From Gammaproteobacteria bacterium (GTDB lineage: Bacteria > Pseudomonadota > Gammaproteobacteria > Eutrophobiales > Eutrophobiaceae), in contig OZ253445.1 in NCBI GenBank assembly GCA_965261165.1, forward strand, positions 1,369,082 to 1,433,081: DNA of 64,000 nucleotides, written 5' to 3'. The position numbers and the translations under genes were made by a program. This document shows positions 10,204 through 20,806 of the stretch, in pieces. Below the pieces are notes generated by a model. The model saw only the letters and a list, made by a program, of their open reading frames with translations, did not search any database and was not told where the DNA came from. Within the stretch, counting starts at the first letter, position 1. The number at the start of each line of letters is the position of its first letter.

Positions 10204-10740
10204 CTAATTCTTTCTGAGTTTCTTCATCTCTGGTTTCGTCGGCTTTTTTTTGAGTTCTTCATCACTGCCGAACCAATCATCAAAGAAGCCACTGAAGAAA
10301 CCTTCTTTTTTTCTTGTATCTGTAATGAGAATATTTAAAGACTCGTTAGCATCTTCTTCGGAATGTTTAGAACCATGTGTAATGTCACCTTCAAGATGCG
10401 TTAGTTTATCGTTTTTAAAAAATAAAGCGACGTGACGTTGAGCACGCTCACCATCACCTGGCTCGTTACTGTAGATATAATCCCAACGATTACTATGAAA
10501 AGAATCAGCCAGTAATGGTGTGCCCATAATAAATTTAACTTTTGCTCTGGTCATTCCAGGTTCGAGTTTATTTATCATCGACTGTTCAATGACATTGCCC
10601 TGCTGGACATCAATACGGTAAACAAATGGTATTTTGAGACTGCCGTCAGGGCGCCGATCACAACCAGTAATATGACTGGAAATAAAGACAAAAAGAACAA
10701 TAAGTAATATGATTTTATTCAACAAAAATTCCTGATTCAA
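10204..10740 (-). CDS. bamE: outer membrane protein assembly factor BamE (SmpA/OmlA) with an acidic C-terminal extension
   Basis: It has a signal peptide plus lipobox (LIVLFVFISSHITGC). It contains IDVQQGNVIEQSMINKLEPGMTRAKVKFIMGTP and HSNRWDYIY, the BamE core. It sits opposite ratAB and next to fur as in Pseudomonas (omlA-fur). Confidence 0.8.
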   Translation of the reverse strand: MNQEFLLNKIILLIVLFVFISSHITGCDRRPDGSLKIPFVYRIDVQQGNVIEQSMINKLEPGMTRAKVKFIMGTPLLADSFHSNRWDYIYSNEPGDGERAQRHVALFFKNDKLTHLEGDITHGSKHSEEDANESLNILITDTRKKEGFFSGFFDDWFGSDEELKKKPTKPEMKKLRKN

Positions 10741-10863
10741 AAACCTGTGATGTCTAAAGCGGGTAGATTGTATCGTAATGTAAAGGACACGTCATACCCC
10801 AAAACTACTCTTTCAAGTTAGCAACACACAAACTGTCCAGTTTTCATAGTATCCCGAGGAGGG

Positions 10864-11943
10864 GTGCTTATGAGACGGACAGAATGGTTACAGGAGACTC
10901 GATTGATGAGATTCGAGGAAGCTTATAGAGGCTGGACGGAGAGCCATCTAACCCAAGAGGCGGCGGCGTTATTGCTGGGTGTTTGTGCCCGGACATTTCG
11001 TCGCTACATAGATCAATATAAAGACGAGGCCTGGAGAGGGTCTCATCGACAAACGCTTATCGCAGGTAACGCCCTGGTCGACGAGGTCATGCGCATGGTG
11101 GACTGCTATCGCAGCCGACACGAGGGCTGGAATGTAAAGCACCACTACCACGCTTGGTACAAACGAGACGGCAGTCAGCACAGCTACTCGTGGGTAAAAC
11201 AGTCACTGCAAGCGGCTGGTGCCGTAAACAGCGTGATCGGTCACCCTGGTGATCGGTCACCCTGGCCGGGATGATGTTGCATCAGGACGGCAGTCAAGCA
11301 TTTATGGGTACCGGACAGTACTGGGATCTGATTGTCACTATGGATGATGCACCAATGAACCCTGCTCAATGTTCTTCTGCGATGAGGTAAGGAACGCAGA
11401 GCAGTTTTCAGGGTGTTGGTGACGTCATCGAAGGTCAGGGGGGCTGTTTTGCTCTTTGTAGACAGACCGAGGCAGCCATTACTGGACTACGGGAGGCGGA
11501 TGGGAAAGCAGACTAGGCGAACCTGACCCAGTTTGGGCGGGCTATGGGCCAATTAGGCATTGAGATGATCCTGGTCTATTCGCCAGAGGCTAGAGGCGGT
11601 TCCGAGCGTGTATTCAGCACGCACTAGGATCGCCTGGGCAAAGAATTGGCTCTGGGAATTGGCTCTGGTGGGCATCACGGATATAGAAGAAGCCAATACC
11701 CATCTGGCAGAGACCTACCTACCAGCTTACAACGTGGAGTTTACACAGCCGCCGCCAGAAGATGGCTCAGCCTTTGTGGCGTGCCGGGATTTATCGGTGC
11801 TGGATGACATCCTGGGCGAGCGTTTCGAGCGGACGGTGAGAAAGGACAACTATGTGCACTTTGAAGGACGGGTATTGCAGATCCCAGCAGATCGTCACCG
11901 CTGCCATTATGTGAAGGCGAAGATCCGGGTTCTGCGTTTATAG
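10864..11943 (+). pseudogene. ISNCY-family (IS1202/ISPlu15-like) transposase pseudogene, broken into at least 3 frames
   Basis: The N-terminal frame 10864..11274 begins MRRTEWLQETRLMRFEEAY...TFRRYIDQY (HTH). The middle carries HQDGS..WDLIVTMDDA in another frame. The C-terminal frame 11608..11943 reads NYVHFEGRVLQIPADRHRCHYVKAKIRVL. All are typical of ISNCY transposases. A 17-bp tandem duplication (GTGATCGGTCACCCTG x2) lies at about 11237..11270. Confidence 0.6.
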
Positions 11944-12110
11944 CGATGGTAGCTTATCCATTCACCACAGCCCCGGGAGCTGGCAAGGTATGACGCCCTA
12001 AGGTCATGAGCTCTCAGATAAACTACTGGTTGCAGTATTAATGTCTGCGGCTCAGCCGGTAGTTGCGAGGCACCTCTGGGAGCCTTCTAGCAATCAAACC
12101 AAAAGCGGAC

Positions 12111-12144
12111 AATCGTGGATAATCCCAATCGTGGATAATCTATG
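12111..12144 (+). promoter_or_regulatory. candidate Fur box (autoregulation) upstream of fur
   Basis: A direct repeat AATCGTGGATAATC x2 contains GATAAT hexamers of the Fur-box consensus (GATAATGATAATCATTATC). It is about 120-150 bp upstream of the fur start. Confidence 0.4.
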
Positions 12145-12261
12145 TGTTACAGAACTGGATATTTCTATTTGTTGCTAACACGTAGGCGCATAGATCATGA
12201 CATCGGCATGTGATTTCAGTATAATTGGCCGACGATTTTGCTCATCCTAAGGAGCCATTAA

Positions 12262-12672
12262 TTGGAAACACAAGATTTAAAAGATGCCGGACTCAAGGCA
12301 ACCCTGCCAAGATTACGCATTCTTCAGATCATGGAAGAATCCTATCAAAAACATCTAAGTGCGGAAGACGTTTACAAGGCCTTGCTGGAACTCCATGAAG
12401 ATGTGGGGCTGGCTACTGTTTATCGTGTATTGACCCAGTTTGAAGCGGCAGGGCTGGTGATTCGTCATCATTTTGATTCCGGTCATTCAGTATTTGAAAT
12501 TAATAGTGGTGGGCATCATGATCATATGATCTGCCTGAAAACAGGCAAAGTGATTGAATTCAAGAATGATGAAATTGAACGGATACAAAAAGAAATTGCT
12601 GAACAGCATGGATATAAGCTGGAAGAGCATAGCCTAGTGTTGTATGTGACACCGAAGGATGAGGATAGCTAA
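12262..12672 (+). CDS. fur: ferric uptake regulator Fur
   Basis: The 136-aa product contains LKATLPRLRILQIMEE, HLSAEDVYKAL, ATVYRVLTQFEAAGLV and HHDHMICLKTG, canonical Fur. Confidence 0.9.
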   Translation: METQDLKDAGLKATLPRLRILQIMEESYQKHLSAEDVYKALLELHEDVGLATVYRVLTQFEAAGLVIRHHFDSGHSVFEINSGGHHDHMICLKTGKVIEFKNDEIERIQKEIAEQHGYKLEEHSLVLYVTPKDEDS

Positions 12673-12679
12673 GGAATTT

Positions 12680-14356
12680 TTAGTTCTTTAACATTTCTTT
12701 TGCGTGAGCTAAAGTTTGTTCTGTGATTTTTACGCCGCCTAGCATACGGGCGATTTCATCGATTCGTTCTTCATCGTTTAATTCACCGACACGAGTCAAT
12801 GTTGTCCCTGCATGCGTGGCCTTGGAAACTTGCAGATGGTAATCTCCCCGAGTGGCAACCTGTGCTAGGTGTGTGACACAAAAGACTTGTCGCTTGTCAG
12901 ACAGACTATGTAAAAGTTTGCCGACAATTTCAGCAACGCCACCACCAATACCGCTGTCTACTTCGTCAAATATTAATGTTGGAATGCCTTTGTCCTTACT
13001 CCCCGTAACCTGTATTGCTAGACTAATACGAGACAACTCGCCACCAGAGGCAACTTTATTCAAAGGCTGTAAAGGCTGACCGGGGTTTAAAGATACCAGA
13101 TACTCAATTTTATCCATGCCATTTTGTAGCAATATGTCTTTTTCAATTTCGTTTACTTCAATAGCAAATTGCCCGCCAAGCATTCCCAACTCGTTTAATT
13201 TTTCAGTAATATCTTCACTGAGTTTTTTGGCTGCTCGTCGACGACACATACTTAATCTATTGGCTGCCCTGCGATAGTTTTTAGTTGAGGACTTTTGTAG
13301 CGCGATTAATTTTTCAAAACGAGCTTCACTGTTTTCGAGAGAGTGTAATTCATCTTTTAGTGTTTCGAGGTGATCAGTCAGTGCCTCCGGCTGAAGCTTA
13401 TGTTTGCGTGCCATGTCATGAAAAGCAGCAAGCAGATCTTCAACCATTTTCAATCGTTCAGGGTCCAGTTCAAGCCCGTCCAGATAATGACGCAATTCAT
13501 TGCTGGCTTCTTCAATTTGAATGCTTGCACCATTCAGTAATTCGATCACTGTTTCTAAAGAAGGATCAAATTTTTGCATGTCCTGAAGTTCGTTTAGATT
13601 GTGGCTAATCTGACTTTGAGTTGACCGTTCACCTTCAGAAAGTTGCTGAAGGTTTTGTTGACACGCTTCTATCAAACGATTGGCATTAGCTAATTTGCCA
13701 TATTCTTTTTCGATGTCACTGAATTTTGATCCACTCGGATTAAGTGCCTCTAATTCCTGAATCTGATATTGAATTAATGCAATCTGTGCGTCGTGGTCGC
13801 GCTTACCTCCGCTCAAGCTCTGTAGTTCAATTTTGGCTGCATTCCAGATTTTCCAGGCATCTTTCACTTCACTTAATTCCTGCGGATGGTTGCCAAATTC
13901 ATCGATAATATTTCTTTGCACATCAGCTTTTAGTAAAGATTGATGCGCATGCTGGCCGTGAATATCCACCATACATTCACCCAGCGAGCGTAACAATTGT
14001 GCTGGTACAGAACTACCATTGACATAAGCACGGGAGCGGCCATCTTTATTAATTACGCGACGTAGGATCAATTCATCTTCGCAGTCGAGCTCCTGTTCTG
14101 CCAACACAGACTGGATATCGTTCTCATTTTCGATATCAAAGATCGCGGTTATTTCAGTTCGTTCACAGCCAGCACGGACAATGCCACTATCCGAGCGATC
14201 ACCTAATACCAAGCCAAGTGCGCCAACCATAATCGATTTACCAGCGCCCGTTTCACCAGTAAAAATGGTCATGCCTGCATTAAACTGAATATCCAGTTCT
14301 TCAATTACGGCGAAATTTCTGATGTGCAGGTGTTTCAACAAACTTCGGTGCCCCAC
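12680..14356 (-). CDS. recN: DNA repair protein RecN
   Basis: The 558-aa product has a Walker A motif (FTGETGAGKSIMVGALGLVLG) and the SMC-like signature LSGGE. It uses a GTG start at 14356 and is convergent with fur. Confidence 0.85.
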   Translation of the reverse strand: MGHRSLLKHLHIRNFAVIEELDIQFNAGMTIFTGETGAGKSIMVGALGLVLGDRSDSGIVRAGCERTEITAIFDIENENDIQSVLAEQELDCEDELILRRVINKDGRSRAYVNGSSVPAQLLRSLGECMVDIHGQHAHQSLLKADVQRNIIDEFGNHPQELSEVKDAWKIWNAAKIELQSLSGGKRDHDAQIALIQYQIQELEALNPSGSKFSDIEKEYGKLANANRLIEACQQNLQQLSEGERSTQSQISHNLNELQDMQKFDPSLETVIELLNGASIQIEEASNELRHYLDGLELDPERLKMVEDLLAAFHDMARKHKLQPEALTDHLETLKDELHSLENSEARFEKLIALQKSSTKNYRRAANRLSMCRRRAAKKLSEDITEKLNELGMLGGQFAIEVNEIEKDILLQNGMDKIEYLVSLNPGQPLQPLNKVASGGELSRISLAIQVTGSKDKGIPTLIFDEVDSGIGGGVAEIVGKLLHSLSDKRQVFCVTHLAQVATRGDYHLQVSKATHAGTTLTRVGELNDEERIDEIARMLGGVKITEQTLAHAKEMLKN

Positions 14357-15207
14357 TGTAATTTTGCGCGGAGGGTGCTGAAATGGTCGTGATTTTCAGG
14401 GTGAATGAGGCGAATTTTCTTATCTTTTTTCTGGATACAAACGCGGTCTCTAGGGGCAAGTTCACGCTCAATATGGCCATCACAGGTTAAGCGCACATGA
14501 TCAACCTCACGTGTGCCGACAACAATTTCAATCAAGCTATTGCCAGCAATTACAATCGGTCTGTTAGTGAGTGTATGTGGACAAATAGGTACCAGCGCCA
14601 AGGCATCCAGTGAAGGATGTAAAATTGGTCCGCCACCAGATAGTGCATAGGCCGTTGAACCTGTAGGTGAAGATATAATAAGTCCATCTGAACGTTGTCG
14701 ATGAACGAAACTGTCATCCACGTAGGTTTCTAATTCAACCGGTCTGGCGACGTTCCATTTTTGCAAGATGACATCATTAAAGGCATTGCTCTCCATGAGC
14801 GACCTACCCCCTCTGAGTACCTCAACATGGAGCAGAAAGCGTTCGTCTTCGACGAAGGTCCCTGCAAAAATAGTATCAAGATATTCTTCGAAGGCATTTG
14901 CTGGGATATCAGCTAAAAAACCTAGGCGACCTCTGTTGATTCCGAGCAAAGGGATGTCACGTAGGCAAGCAAGGTGAGCGGCTTTCAGCATGGTGCCATC
15001 ACCGCCGATGGCAATGGCCAGGTCACAGTCCGCATCAAATTCATTTTCTTTCATGTTAGGCAAATCTGATTGTTTTGCCAGTACTGCACTATCGTTATCC
15101 AGAATAAAATCTATTTCATTGGATTGCAGATATATAATCAGGTTGTTGAGTGTTTCAGCAACTTTTTTGGTGTCGGAATTGCTTATTAAGGCGATACGTT
15201 TGAACAT
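14335..15207 (-). CDS. nadK: NAD(+) kinase
   Basis: The product contains the GGDGTML motif, NRGRLGFL and DGLIISSPTGSTAYALSGGGPI. The start was set at the internal Met (MFKRIALI) of the 14335..15246 ORF. The 3' end overlaps the recN start by about 20 nt. Confidence 0.8.
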   Translation of the reverse strand: MFKRIALISNSDTKKVAETLNNLIIYLQSNEIDFILDNDSAVLAKQSDLPNMKENEFDADCDLAIAIGGDGTMLKAAHLACLRDIPLLGINRGRLGFLADIPANAFEEYLDTIFAGTFVEDERFLLHVEVLRGGRSLMESNAFNDVILQKWNVARPVELETYVDDSFVHRQRSDGLIISSPTGSTAYALSGGGPILHPSLDALALVPICPHTLTNRPIVIAGNSLIEIVVGTREVDHVRLTCDGHIERELAPRDRVCIQKKDKKIRLIHPENHDHFSTLRAKLQWGTEVC

Positions 15208-15275
15208 GTGGCTACCATTGCTAAATAATATCCATAAACTTAGCATGATAGATAGTCGACCGCCAAATGATGATT

Positions 15276-15302
15276 TTGCACTCTTGACAATAGAGTGCTA
15301 AA
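15276..15302 (+). promoter_or_regulatory. CIRCE element (HrcA operator) upstream of hrcA
   Basis: TTGCACTC-ttgacaata-GAGTGCTAA matches the CIRCE consensus TTAGCACTC-N9-GAGTGCTAA in 17 of 18 positions. It lies about 50 bp upstream of the hrcA start. Confidence 0.8.
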
Positions 15303-15349
15303 TTTTGCAATAATACAAGGTATAACCATATGAGCAAGAAATAGTAGGC

Positions 15350-16402
15350 ATGCCTAAATCTAATAAATCCCCGGAACTGAATGAGCGCAGCCTGTTTCTG
15401 TTTAAGTCATTAGTCGATCATTTTATCAATGATGGCCAGCCAGTCGGTTCTCGCACATTGGCGCGGAGTCTGGATCTGGATCTCAGTGCCGCGACGATTC
15501 GTAATATCATGTCAGATCTGGAGGATTTTGGCTTACTGCATTCACCTCACACATCAGCAGGGCGTGTCCCCACAGCTAGGGGTTACCGTTTGTTCGTTGA
15601 TAGTTTGTTGCGGGTGGGAGACATCGGCAATGAAGAGATACATCGTATGGCAAAGGAAATGGATGCGGTGAACAACACACAAAGTCTGATGCAAAGAACA
15701 TCATCAATGCTATCAGACATTACCCATCTTGCTAGTGTGGTGATGTTACCTCGTATTGAGCAAAATACATTAAATCAGGTTGAATTCGTTTCCCTATCTG
15801 ATAATCGCATTCTGGTTATTTTTGTGATGAGTGATAATGAAATTCAAAACAGGATCATTCACACAGCACGAATATATAGTGCGTCAGAGCTTGAGCAAGC
15901 AGCTAATTATCTAAATCAAATGTTCACGGGCAAGGGTTTGAGAGATATTCGCAAAAATATGCTGGATGAACTTAAGAGCATGAAAGAAAATGTCAATAAA
16001 CTGATGCAGGCAGCCATCGAAATGACGCAGCAGGCGATTGATACAAATTCACAGGGTGGCGACTATGTGCTTGCAGGTGAAACCAATCTCATGGGGGGGG
16101 TGTCGGGATGGGGTGATATAGAACGACTTAAGTGCTTATTTGACACCTTCAATCAGAAGCGTGATATTTTACATCTGCTGGAACAATCTATTAACGCCAA
16201 AGGCGTTCAAATCTTTATTGGCGAGGAATCAGGTTATGAGGTATTGGATGATTGCAGTATCGTTACCTCAGCTTATGAGTCTGATGGTCAGATACTGGGT
16301 GTGTTGGGTGTGATTGGGCCTACGCGTATGGATTATGAACGCGTTATACCCATTGTCGATTTAACTGCAAAAATGTTGGGATCAGCCTTGAATTCCGGAT
16401 AA
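15350..16402 (+). CDS. hrcA: heat-inducible transcription repressor HrcA
   Basis: The 350-aa product contains ERSLFLFKSLVDHFINDGQPVGSRTLA and IRNIMSDLEDFGLL. Confidence 0.85.
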   Translation: MPKSNKSPELNERSLFLFKSLVDHFINDGQPVGSRTLARSLDLDLSAATIRNIMSDLEDFGLLHSPHTSAGRVPTARGYRLFVDSLLRVGDIGNEEIHRMAKEMDAVNNTQSLMQRTSSMLSDITHLASVVMLPRIEQNTLNQVEFVSLSDNRILVIFVMSDNEIQNRIIHTARIYSASELEQAANYLNQMFTGKGLRDIRKNMLDELKSMKENVNKLMQAAIEMTQQAIDTNSQGGDYVLAGETNLMGGVSGWGDIERLKCLFDTFNQKRDILHLLEQSINAKGVQIFIGEESGYEVLDDCSIVTSAYESDGQILGVLGVIGPTRMDYERVIPIVDLTAKMLGSALNSG

Positions 16403-16510
16403 GTAGCCCCACCTAAGAAACAATGTAATATTTAGACGAATGATGTATTGGAGAATCCCGTATTTAGGGGTTTCTTGTTGTTTTTAATAGAGAAATACTT
16501 GAGGAAAGTC

Positions 16511-17137
16511 ATGACAGGCAAGCAGCAAAATGAAGTAAGTCCAGAAGAAATACGGCAGGAAGAAGTGGCTGAAGAGGCTGAAGAGGCTGAAGAACAATTT
16601 GTTGAAGACGACGTATATGGCAAGATGGAAACTGAAGTAGCTGGGCCAGATATTGCTGAACCAGGGGTCACAGTCGAATCGCTTTCAGAGCAGATTGAGG
16701 CCTTAAAGAAATCGGCAGCAGATAGTCTGGATAAGGCGGTTCGTGCACAGGCGGAATTAGATAACGTACGAAAACGTACTGCTCGAGATGTTGAGAACGC
16801 GCATAAGTATGCTCTGGATAAGTTTATTAATGAGCTATTGCCAGTGTTAGATAGTATGGAATTAGGTATTAATGCTTCTGGAGATGCGACCGATATTAGT
16901 AGTTTACGTGAAGGCTTGGAGCTGACCATGAAGATGTTCTGCTCATCTCTAGAGAAATCCGGAGTCAAGCCTATCGAGCCACAGAAAGGTGATAAATTTA
17001 GTCCGGATCAACATGAAGCGGTGACTATGCAAGAAGTGGATGGTGCCGAATCCGGTACTGTTATCAATACGTTGCAGAATGGATATGAGCTAAACGGACG
17101 TTTGATCAGGCCCGCCATGGTGATTGTTGCGAAATAA
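16511..17137 (+). CDS. grpE: nucleotide exchange factor GrpE
   Basis: The product has an acidic N-terminus followed by LRAQAELDNVRKR and a GrpE C-terminal domain. The start was set at the ATG at 16511 (GAGGAAAG RBS) within the 16448 ORF. Confidence 0.85.
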   Translation: MTGKQQNEVSPEEIRQEEVAEEAEEAEEQFVEDDVYGKMETEVAGPDIAEPGVTVESLSEQIEALKKSAADSLDKAVRAQAELDNVRKRTARDVENAHKYALDKFINELLPVLDSMELGINASGDATDISSLREGLELTMKMFCSSLEKSGVKPIEPQKGDKFSPDQHEAVTMQEVDGAESGTVINTLQNGYELNGRLIRPAMVIVAK

Positions 17138-17151
17138 TTTTTTGTGCTGCC

Positions 17152-17180
17152 CTTGAAAAAACAGGCAACAGACACATATA
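17152..17180 (+). promoter_or_regulatory. candidate sigma-32 heat-shock promoter for dnaK
   Basis: CTTGAAA-N14-CACATATA resembles the sigma-32 consensus CTTGAAA-N13-15-CCCCATnT. It is about 70 bp upstream of dnaK. Confidence 0.45.
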
Positions 17181-17248
17181 CGAAACAATAGAAAGAATTA
17201 CAGATATTTAAAGTCTAATTAATTGATAGCAGTTTTGGAGAATATCAG

Positions 17249-19171
17249 ATGAGTAAAATAATTGGAATTGACCTTGGAACGACAAATTCCTGTGTCTCAG
17301 TGTTAGAAGGCGGTCAGGTCAAAGTAATTGAAAATAATGAAGGCGGAAGAACCACTCCTTCTGTCGTTGCGTATGTGGAAGGTGATGAGGTTCTGGTTGG
17401 GCAATCAGCCAAGCGTCAGTCTGTTACAAATCCAGAAAACACCTTGTTTGCCGTCAAACGTTTGATCGGCCGTCGTTTTGAGGACGATGTGGTGCAGAAA
17501 GATATCCATATGGTGCCCTACAAGATCGTCAAGGCTGATAATGGCGATGCCTGGGTTGAAGTTAATGGCAAAAAGATGGCCTCACCTGAAATTTCTGCAC
17601 GCGTGCTGATGAAGATGAAACAGACGGCAGAAGATTATCTTGGTGAAGAAGTCGCCGAAGCTGTTGTGACTGTGCCTGCATACTTTAATGATTCGCAGCG
17701 TCAGGCAACCAAGGATGCTGGCAAGATTGCCGGTCTTGATGTGAAACGCATTATTAATGAGCCTACCGCTGCGGCACTAGCATTTGGTATGGACAAGAAA
17801 GAAGGCGATTCCAAGATTGCTGTTTACGATTTGGGTGGTGGGACCTTTGACGTATCCATCATCGAAATTGCCGAGATTGATGGTGAACATCAGTTTGAGG
17901 TGTTGTCTACCAATGGCGATACCTTTCTCGGTGGTGAAGATTTTGACCTGCGTATCATTGATTTCATTTGTGATGAATTCAAGAAAGAGCAAGGTGTTGA
18001 TTTGCATAATGATCCATTGGCGCTGCAACGACTCAAGGAAGCTGCAGAAAAGGCCAAGATTGAATTATCTTCAACTCAACAAACCGATATTAATCTTCCA
18101 TACATCACGGCAGATGCCAGTGGTCCGAAACATCTTAATGTCAAGCTGACGCGTGCCAAGTTGGAAGCATTGGTTGAAGATTTGATTGATCGCACCGTTG
18201 AACCATGTCGTATGGCCATAGAAGATGCAGGCATAGGCACCTCTGGTATTACTGACGTAATTCTGGTTGGTGGTCAAACGCGCATGCCGAAGGTGCAGGA
18301 AGCAGTTGAGCAATTTTTTGGCAAGAAACCACGTAAAGATGTGAATCCTGATGAAGCTGTGGCTTCTGGTGCTGCGATTCAGGCGGGCGTATTAGGCGGT
18401 GATGTTAAAGATGTTTTATTATTAGATGTCACGCCATTGTCTTTAGGTATTGAAACCATGGGTAGTGTGATGACTCGATTGATCGACAAGAATACAACCA
18501 TTCCGACTAATGCCAGTCAGGTTTTCTCTACGGCTGAGGATAATCAGAGTGCCGTGACTGTGCATGTCTTACAGGGCGAACGTGAGATGGCAGCAGGCAA
18601 TAAATCTCTGGGTCGATTTGATTTGTCGGATATCCCATCAGCTCCACGTGGTGTTCCCCAGATTGAAGTCAGCTTTGATATTGACGCCAACGGTATTTTG
18701 AATGTTTCTGCCAAAGATAAGGCAACTGGCAAAGAGCAGTCCATTGTTATCAAGGCATCCAGTGGTCTTTCGGATGAAGAAGTTAAAAAAATGATTAAGG
18801 ATGCTGAAGCTCATGCTGAGGAAGATCGTTTGGCCAAGGAAATGATTGAGTCTCGTAATATGGCAGAGAACATGATTCATGCTTCAAAGAAGTCTATGGA
18901 TGATCTGGGCGACAAGGTTGAAGATCAGGAAAAAACTGATGTAGAAGTCGCGATTGCCGATGTCGAAGAAGCTCTGAAGGGTGATAGTAAGGAAGCCATT
19001 GATGAGAAAACCACAAAACTAACAGAAGTTGCCGGAAAATTAGCTGAGCGTGTTTATCAGCAAAGTGCCAAGGAAGAGCAGGCTGAAACTGGCACGACCA
19101 AAGGCAGCACTGAACCTCAGGATGACGTGGTTGATGCTGAGTTTGAGGAAGTTAAAGACGAGGATAAGTAA
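17249..19171 (+). CDS. dnaK: molecular chaperone DnaK (Hsp70)
   Basis: The 640-aa product contains [20 protein letters not shown] and the acidic C-terminal tail EEVKDEDK. Confidence 0.95.
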   Translation: MSKIIGIDLGTTNSCVSVLEGGQVKVIENNEGGRTTPSVVAYVEGDEVLVGQSAKRQSVTNPENTLFAVKRLIGRRFEDDVVQKDIHMVPYKIVKADNGDAWVEVNGKKMASPEISARVLMKMKQTAEDYLGEEVAEAVVTVPAYFNDSQRQATKDAGKIAGLDVKRIINEPTAAALAFGMDKKEGDSKIAVYDLGGGTFDVSIIEIAEIDGEHQFEVLSTNGDTFLGGEDFDLRIIDFICDEFKKEQGVDLHNDPLALQRLKEAAEKAKIELSSTQQTDINLPYITADASGPKHLNVKLTRAKLEALVEDLIDRTVEPCRMAIEDAGIGTSGITDVILVGGQTRMPKVQEAVEQFFGKKPRKDVNPDEAVASGAAIQAGVLGGDVKDVLLLDVTPLSLGIETMGSVMTRLIDKNTTIPTNASQVFSTAEDNQSAVTVHVLQGEREMAAGNKSLGRFDLSDIPSAPRGVPQIEVSFDIDANGILNVSAKDKATGKEQSIVIKASSGLSDEEVKKMIKDAEAHAEEDRLAKEMIESRNMAENMIHASKKSMDDLGDKVEDQEKTDVEVAIADVEEALKGDSKEAIDEKTTKLTEVAGKLAERVYQQSAKEEQAETGTTKGSTEPQDDVVDAEFEEVKDEDK

Positions 19172-19232
19172 GCAATCATCATTAAAGCGCTACTAAATTA
19201 AAATAGAGTTTATTTGAAATAACCATGGCACG

Positions 19233-19270
19233 GCCCGAAAGAGATGGCTTTTCTTTCGGGCTTGTTTGCG
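19233..19270 (+). terminator. Rho-independent terminator after dnaK
   Basis: The stem GCCCGAAAGA/TCTTTCGGGC has a 9-nt loop and is followed by TTGTTTG. Confidence 0.6.
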
Positions 19271-19310
19271 TAAAGTTAATGGAATTCAAGATTAAAATAT
19301 AAAGTAAATC

Positions 19311-20426
19311 ATGGCAAAACGAGATTATTACCAAGTACTAGGTGTGCCAAAGAACGCGACAGATGTTGAATTAAAAAAAGCGTACCGACGATTGGCGATG
19401 AAATATCACCCGGATCGGAATGAGGGAGATGCATCAGCGGAAGAAAAGTTCAAGGCAGCAAAAGAAGCCCACGATATATTATCTGATGAGCGTAAGCGCG
19501 CTGCCTATGATCAGTTCGGTCAGGCAGGCGTTGATAATAGTGCAGGCTCGGGTGCTGGTGGTGCTGGCGTCGGTGATATATTTGATAGTGTTTTTGGTGA
19601 CATCTTTGGTGGTGGTGGCAGACAACGTGTTTATCGCGGTGCTGATTTACGTTATGACATGGAATTAAGTCTGGAAGATGCTGTTGCTGGGACCACAGTC
19701 AAAATCAGAATACCAAAATTTGTCGAATGTAATGGCTGCATTGGCTCAGGCGCAAAAAAAGGCAGTACGCCAACAACTTGTCCTACTTGTACAGGTCAGG
19801 GACAGGTACGTATGCAACAGGGATTTTTTTCCTTGCAGCAAACTTGCCCGCAATGCCGTGGACAAGGTAAGATTATTAAAGATCCTTGTAGCGCTTGTCA
19901 TGGACAAGGTCGGATCAAAGACACGAAAACAATTTCAGTAAAGGTGCCTCCTGGTGTTGATAATGGAGATCGCATTTGTTCATCAAATGAAGGTGAAGCT
20001 GGTGAAAATGGAGGCCCCCCAGGTGATCTGTATGTACATGTGAATATAAAAGATCATGCGATCTTTACTAGGGATGATATCCATCTCCATTGTAATGTGC
20101 CGATCAGCTACACAACCGCAGCATTGGGCGGTGAATTAGAAGTGCCAACATTAGGGGGTCGGGTAAAGCTGGTGATTCCTGCTGAAACCCAGAGTGGAAA
20201 ATTATTGCGTCTGCGAGGTAAGGGGGTAAAATCAGTGCGTTCTTCTTCTAAAGGAGATTTGCTCTGTCGTGCTATCGTAGAGACACCAGTCAATCTGACT
20301 AAAGAACAAAAGGGAATACTCAAAGATCTTGAACGTGCCATGGGACAGGGAGGAACAAAACATAGCCCGCAAGCTTCATCATGGTTGAATGGAGTCAAGA
20401 AATTCTTTGATGATATGACGAGTTAA
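19311..20426 (+). CDS. dnaJ: molecular chaperone DnaJ
   Basis: The product has a J domain (DYYQVLGV...HPDRN), a Gly-rich linker and four CxxCxGxG zinc-finger repeats. Confidence 0.95.
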   Translation: MAKRDYYQVLGVPKNATDVELKKAYRRLAMKYHPDRNEGDASAEEKFKAAKEAHDILSDERKRAAYDQFGQAGVDNSAGSGAGGAGVGDIFDSVFGDIFGGGGRQRVYRGADLRYDMELSLEDAVAGTTVKIRIPKFVECNGCIGSGAKKGSTPTTCPTCTGQGQVRMQQGFFSLQQTCPQCRGQGKIIKDPCSACHGQGRIKDTKTISVKVPPGVDNGDRICSSNEGEAGENGGPPGDLYVHVNIKDHAIFTRDDIHLHCNVPISYTTAALGGELEVPTLGGRVKLVIPAETQSGKLLRLRGKGVKSVRSSSKGDLLCRAIVETPVNLTKEQKGILKDLERAMGQGGTKHSPQASSWLNGVKKFFDDMTS

Positions 20427-20428
20427 AT

Positions 20429-20476
20429 TTTAAGATCAAGATTAAGATCAAGATTAAGATCAAGATCAAGATCATG
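20429..20476 (+). repeat. short tandem repeat (AAGATC-based 6/12-mer units) immediately downstream of the dnaJ stop
   Basis: The sequence reads TTAAGATCAAGA x3, then TCAAGATCAAGATCATG. Confidence 0.7.
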
Positions 20477-20806
20477 GGAACACTGATGATTTAATGACTT
20501 GATTGAAACAGATAGGTTAATGTTAATATCCTAGTCTCTTTTGTATGCCAAGATAGGGACGACTGCATATTACAAGTGGTTATCATCATGTTATGGGCCG
20601 TGGACTTGATGGTGGTGATGTGTTAAAGGGGGCATATTAATGGCATTGAAGGGTTTTAGGGTTTTAGCTAAACCCATGGCTAGGTAAATTTAAAGGAATG
20701 CACCCAACAACATTAGCGAAGATATGTATGAATTAGTATTGAAAATAATTAGAAATCACCCGCTGTTCTAGGGATAACCCTGAATTAATAAAGCTGATAA
20801 ATATTC

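Noticed and set aside
14357-14420. LexA/SOS box upstream of recN
   Set aside because: recN is normally SOS-regulated. No CTGT-N8-ACAG motif is evident in the roughly 60 bp upstream, which lie inside the nadK 3' end. I cannot call one.
16432-16968. 178-aa minus-strand ORF antisense to grpE
   Set aside because: It is Ser/Ala-rich and low-complexity, and it fully overlaps the well-supported grpE frame.
20429-20476. Possible CRISPR-like array after dnaJ
   Set aside because: It is a simple tandem array of 6/12-bp units (AAGATC-based) with no spacers. It is a microsatellite, not a CRISPR array.
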